Made by a program: the position numbers and the translations under genes. Shown here piece by piece: positions 61,911-64,000 of a stretch of 64,000 nt of DNA (the stretch's first letter is position 1; each line of letters starts with the position of its first letter). A model generated the notes under the pieces. It was not told where the DNA came from. It saw only the letters and a list, made by a program, of their open reading frames with translations, and searched no databases. The DNA is taken from assembly GCA_000165345.1 (NCBI GenBank), contig CM000431.1:640001-704000 (forward strand), given 5' to 3'.

Positions 61911-64000
61911 ATGGAAATGGACTTGATCCCAACAAATATTAGTTTTAATCCATTTAGAATTGAATCTTTAATTGACGATCATACTGCGGTTTCATTATAT
62001 AGAGGTATTTATGAATGTCTTGAATTAATTAAATGCGGAGAAACTCACAAATTAAGTTTTGAATTTTTATATAGAACATGTTATAGACTTACAATAAACA
62101 ATTATGGTGGGATGCTCTATTGCGGTGTTTTGGATTTTATTGTAGAGATGTTAGAAAAAGAAAGAAAAGACGAAACTTTAGATGAAATTGTGAATTTTTG
62201 GAAAACTTTTGAAATAACAATGGATACTTTACATGATGTCTTAATGTATTTAGAGAAGAATTTTATTATTTCAAATACGAAGGTTCCTATTAAAACTGCT
62301 GGTATGTCAATTTTCTTGAAATATTATCTTCTTTCAAGCAATAGGATTGTAAATGTTATCAATAACGTACTTGAACAATTGAATTATATTAGAAAATCAA
62401 AAAAATTAGATATAAATTTTTCAAAAGAAATTAGATTTATTGTCGAACAAATATTGAGTCTTCCTTCAATTGAAGTAAATATTAAGAGTTTACCAGAAGA
62501 TATAGTTGATACGATCAGGTTTAATGAAGTCTGCTGTCAAAGTACAATTATAGAAGATGACGAGCTCATTTCATTAAAGTCAAAAATCCCACTAATTAAC
62601 CGTGCTTACGATAATAAAATACTCATCTTTACGTATAAATTTAATCACAAAGCACCAGAATTTAACTGGAGAGATTTTGCCATTTTCAATCAATTCTTTA
62701 TGCCATACTTTTTAGCCAAATCTAGGGAATATCATGAAAAAGAATTTGAAATTTCTCATAGTTTGGATAAAGATTCAATTTCGCAAATAAGAAATTATTT
62801 GAGTAAATGTGAACAAAACTATATGTTCGAAAAAATGATTGTTGAAAATTGTCTAGTTTTTCAAGTTTGGGAAGAGCTTATTAAAGAAATGGATAAGGTT
62901 TGGATACACCCTTTTTTTGAAAGATTTTCAAGTATTAATTTGTTCGAGTTTTTTTTGATTGGAGCCAAAAACGATCTACAACAGTTATTTAGGATTTTAA
63001 GTCGTGTACCAGAATGTCTAGAACAATTAAAGAATTCTCTTAAGCAATTTTTTTCGATAAGATTAGACAAAATATTCCCTGTTGATGAGGTGTTTATTAA
63101 TGATGGATTTAAAAAATTTATTGACGAAGTTCATCTGTTTAAGTGTAGAAGTGAATTTATTTTTATAGAATGCTTTAAAAATAATAGTATGTTTAATCAA
63201 GTTTTAAGTGTTTCTTTTGAAGACTTTTTTCTCAATAGAAACGCAACGACAACAATTAATTTGATAGTGAATGGATTCGACATTGTACTTAGATCTTTGT
63301 ACAATGATAACAAAATTGATGAAAATAACAAACATCTAGATACTCTATTTTGGTTATTCAAATATGTTTCTAATAAGAGTTTGTTTGAAATCAAGTACAG
63401 AACTCTTCTGTGTAAGAGATTAATGGAATTTGATGTAAATAAAAGAAATATAGAGCACAACATAATAATAAAATTAAGAGGAGAATGCGGTCATGGGTAT
63501 ACATTAAAACTTGAAGGCATTCTAGCAGATATGATACAATCAGAGATTTTAAATATGGAGTTTCAACAAATTAATAATGAGATTTCTGTTCTTTCAAATA
63601 CTATTATTAATTACAAAGTAATAACCCCGAACTTTTGGATAACTCATCCATATATTAACTTTTCTTTCCTAAATAATCTTAATTGCAAACTAGATAACTT
63701 TACACAATTTTTTTATTCAAAATATGAAAGAAGAAAACTTCAGTGGCATCTTGGAGAAGGTAGTGCAATTATTAATGTTAATCTTAAAAGCCGATTTAAT
63801 AAAAGTTTTACTATTGAATGTTCGACCATTCAAATGTTTATATTAGATATTTTTAATACATTTGACTTTATTTCTTTTGAGGAAATGCAGAAGATTATCG
63901 GATGTAGTGATATAAATCTATTAAAACACAACTTATTGTGCCTTGTTTTTGAAAATGAACCTTTATTGAATATTATTCCGATAACGAGGTGGAAAGAGAT
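61911..64000 (+). CDS. Cullin family protein; partial, the 3' end lies beyond the window.
   Basis: I re-translated 61911-64000 codon by codon in frame 0: 696 codons and no stop. It has the cullin N-terminus and the cullin-homology signature IIIKLRGECGHGYTLKLEGILADMIQSEIL ... KLQWHLGEGSAIINVNLKSRFNKSFTIECSTIQMFILDIFN. It is absent from the ORF track, presumably because ORFs without a stop are not reported. Confidence 0.8.
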   Translation, partial: MEMDLIPTNISFNPFRIESLIDDHTAVSLYRGIYECLELIKCGETHKLSFEFLYRTCYRLTINNYGGMLYCGVLDFIVEMLEKERKDETLDEIVNFWKTFEITMDTLHDVLMYLEKNFIISNTKVPIKTAGMSIFLKYYLLSSNRIVNVINNVLEQLNYIRKSKKLDINFSKEIRFIVEQILSLPSIEVNIKSLPEDIVDTIRFNEVCCQSTIIEDDELISLKSKIPLINRAYDNKILIFTYKFNHKAPEFNWRDFAIFNQFFMPYFLAKSREYHEKEFEISHSLDKDSISQIRNYLSKCEQNYMFEKMIVENCLVFQVWEELIKEMDKVWIHPFFERFSSINLFEFFLIGAKNDLQQLFRILSRVPECLEQLKNSLKQFFSIRLDKIFPVDEVFINDGFKKFIDEVHLFKCRSEFIFIECFKNNSMFNQVLSVSFEDFFLNRNATTTINLIVNGFDIVLRSLYNDNKIDENNKHLDTLFWLFKYVSNKSLFEIKYRTLLCKRLMEFDVNKRNIEHNIIIKLRGECGHGYTLKLEGILADMIQSEILNMEFQQINNEISVLSNTIINYKVITPNFWITHPYINFSFLNNLNCKLDNFTQFFYSKYERRKLQWHLGEGSAIINVNLKSRFNKSFTIECSTIQMFILDIFNTFDFISFEEMQKIIGCSDINLLKHNLLCLVFENEPLLNIIPITRWKE

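Noticed and set aside
62861-63463. Two minus-strand ORFs (69 and 88 aa) listed near the 3' end
   Set aside because: They are antisense to the 696-codon cullin frame, which is far better supported.

Overview
This is an AT-rich (roughly 30% GC), very gene-dense eukaryotic nuclear chromosome segment that uses the standard genetic code (the 5.7 kb RPB1 ORF is uninterrupted). Directly readable genes include RNA polymerase II largest subunit with a long YSPTSPH heptad CTD, histone H3, proteasome beta2, a C-terminal-motor kinesin-14, diacylglycerol kinase, a P4-ATPase flippase, a TBC RabGAP, a class-I methyltransferase, a Myb protein, a Mei2-like RRM protein, a J-domain protein, SPCS3, Nsa1/WDR74, a TLDc protein, PrimPol, a CENP-C-like protein, several Asn/Ile/Lys-rich giant hypothetical proteins and a tRNA-Arg(UCG). 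The main result of reading beyond the ORF track is a second layer of small genes split by many tiny (37-64 nt) GTAAGT-type introns that the track misses entirely. These are a 10-exon SPO11, a 3-exon RAD6/UBC2, a 4-exon TRAPPC6/Trs33 and an RPA12/RPC11-type zinc-ribbon RNA polymerase subunit. A cullin gene runs off the 3' window edge and is absent from the track because it has no stop codon, and a Tim17-like gene with an intron lies at the 5' edge. Short upstream regions repeatedly carry E2F-like GGCGCC / GCGCCAAA motifs. By inference only, the composition, gene packing, protein low-complexity style and promoter motif resemble an apicomplexan such as Cryptosporidium. I found no single exotic cassette; the novelty lies in the hidden intron-rich gene layer, the CTD variant and the promoter motif.
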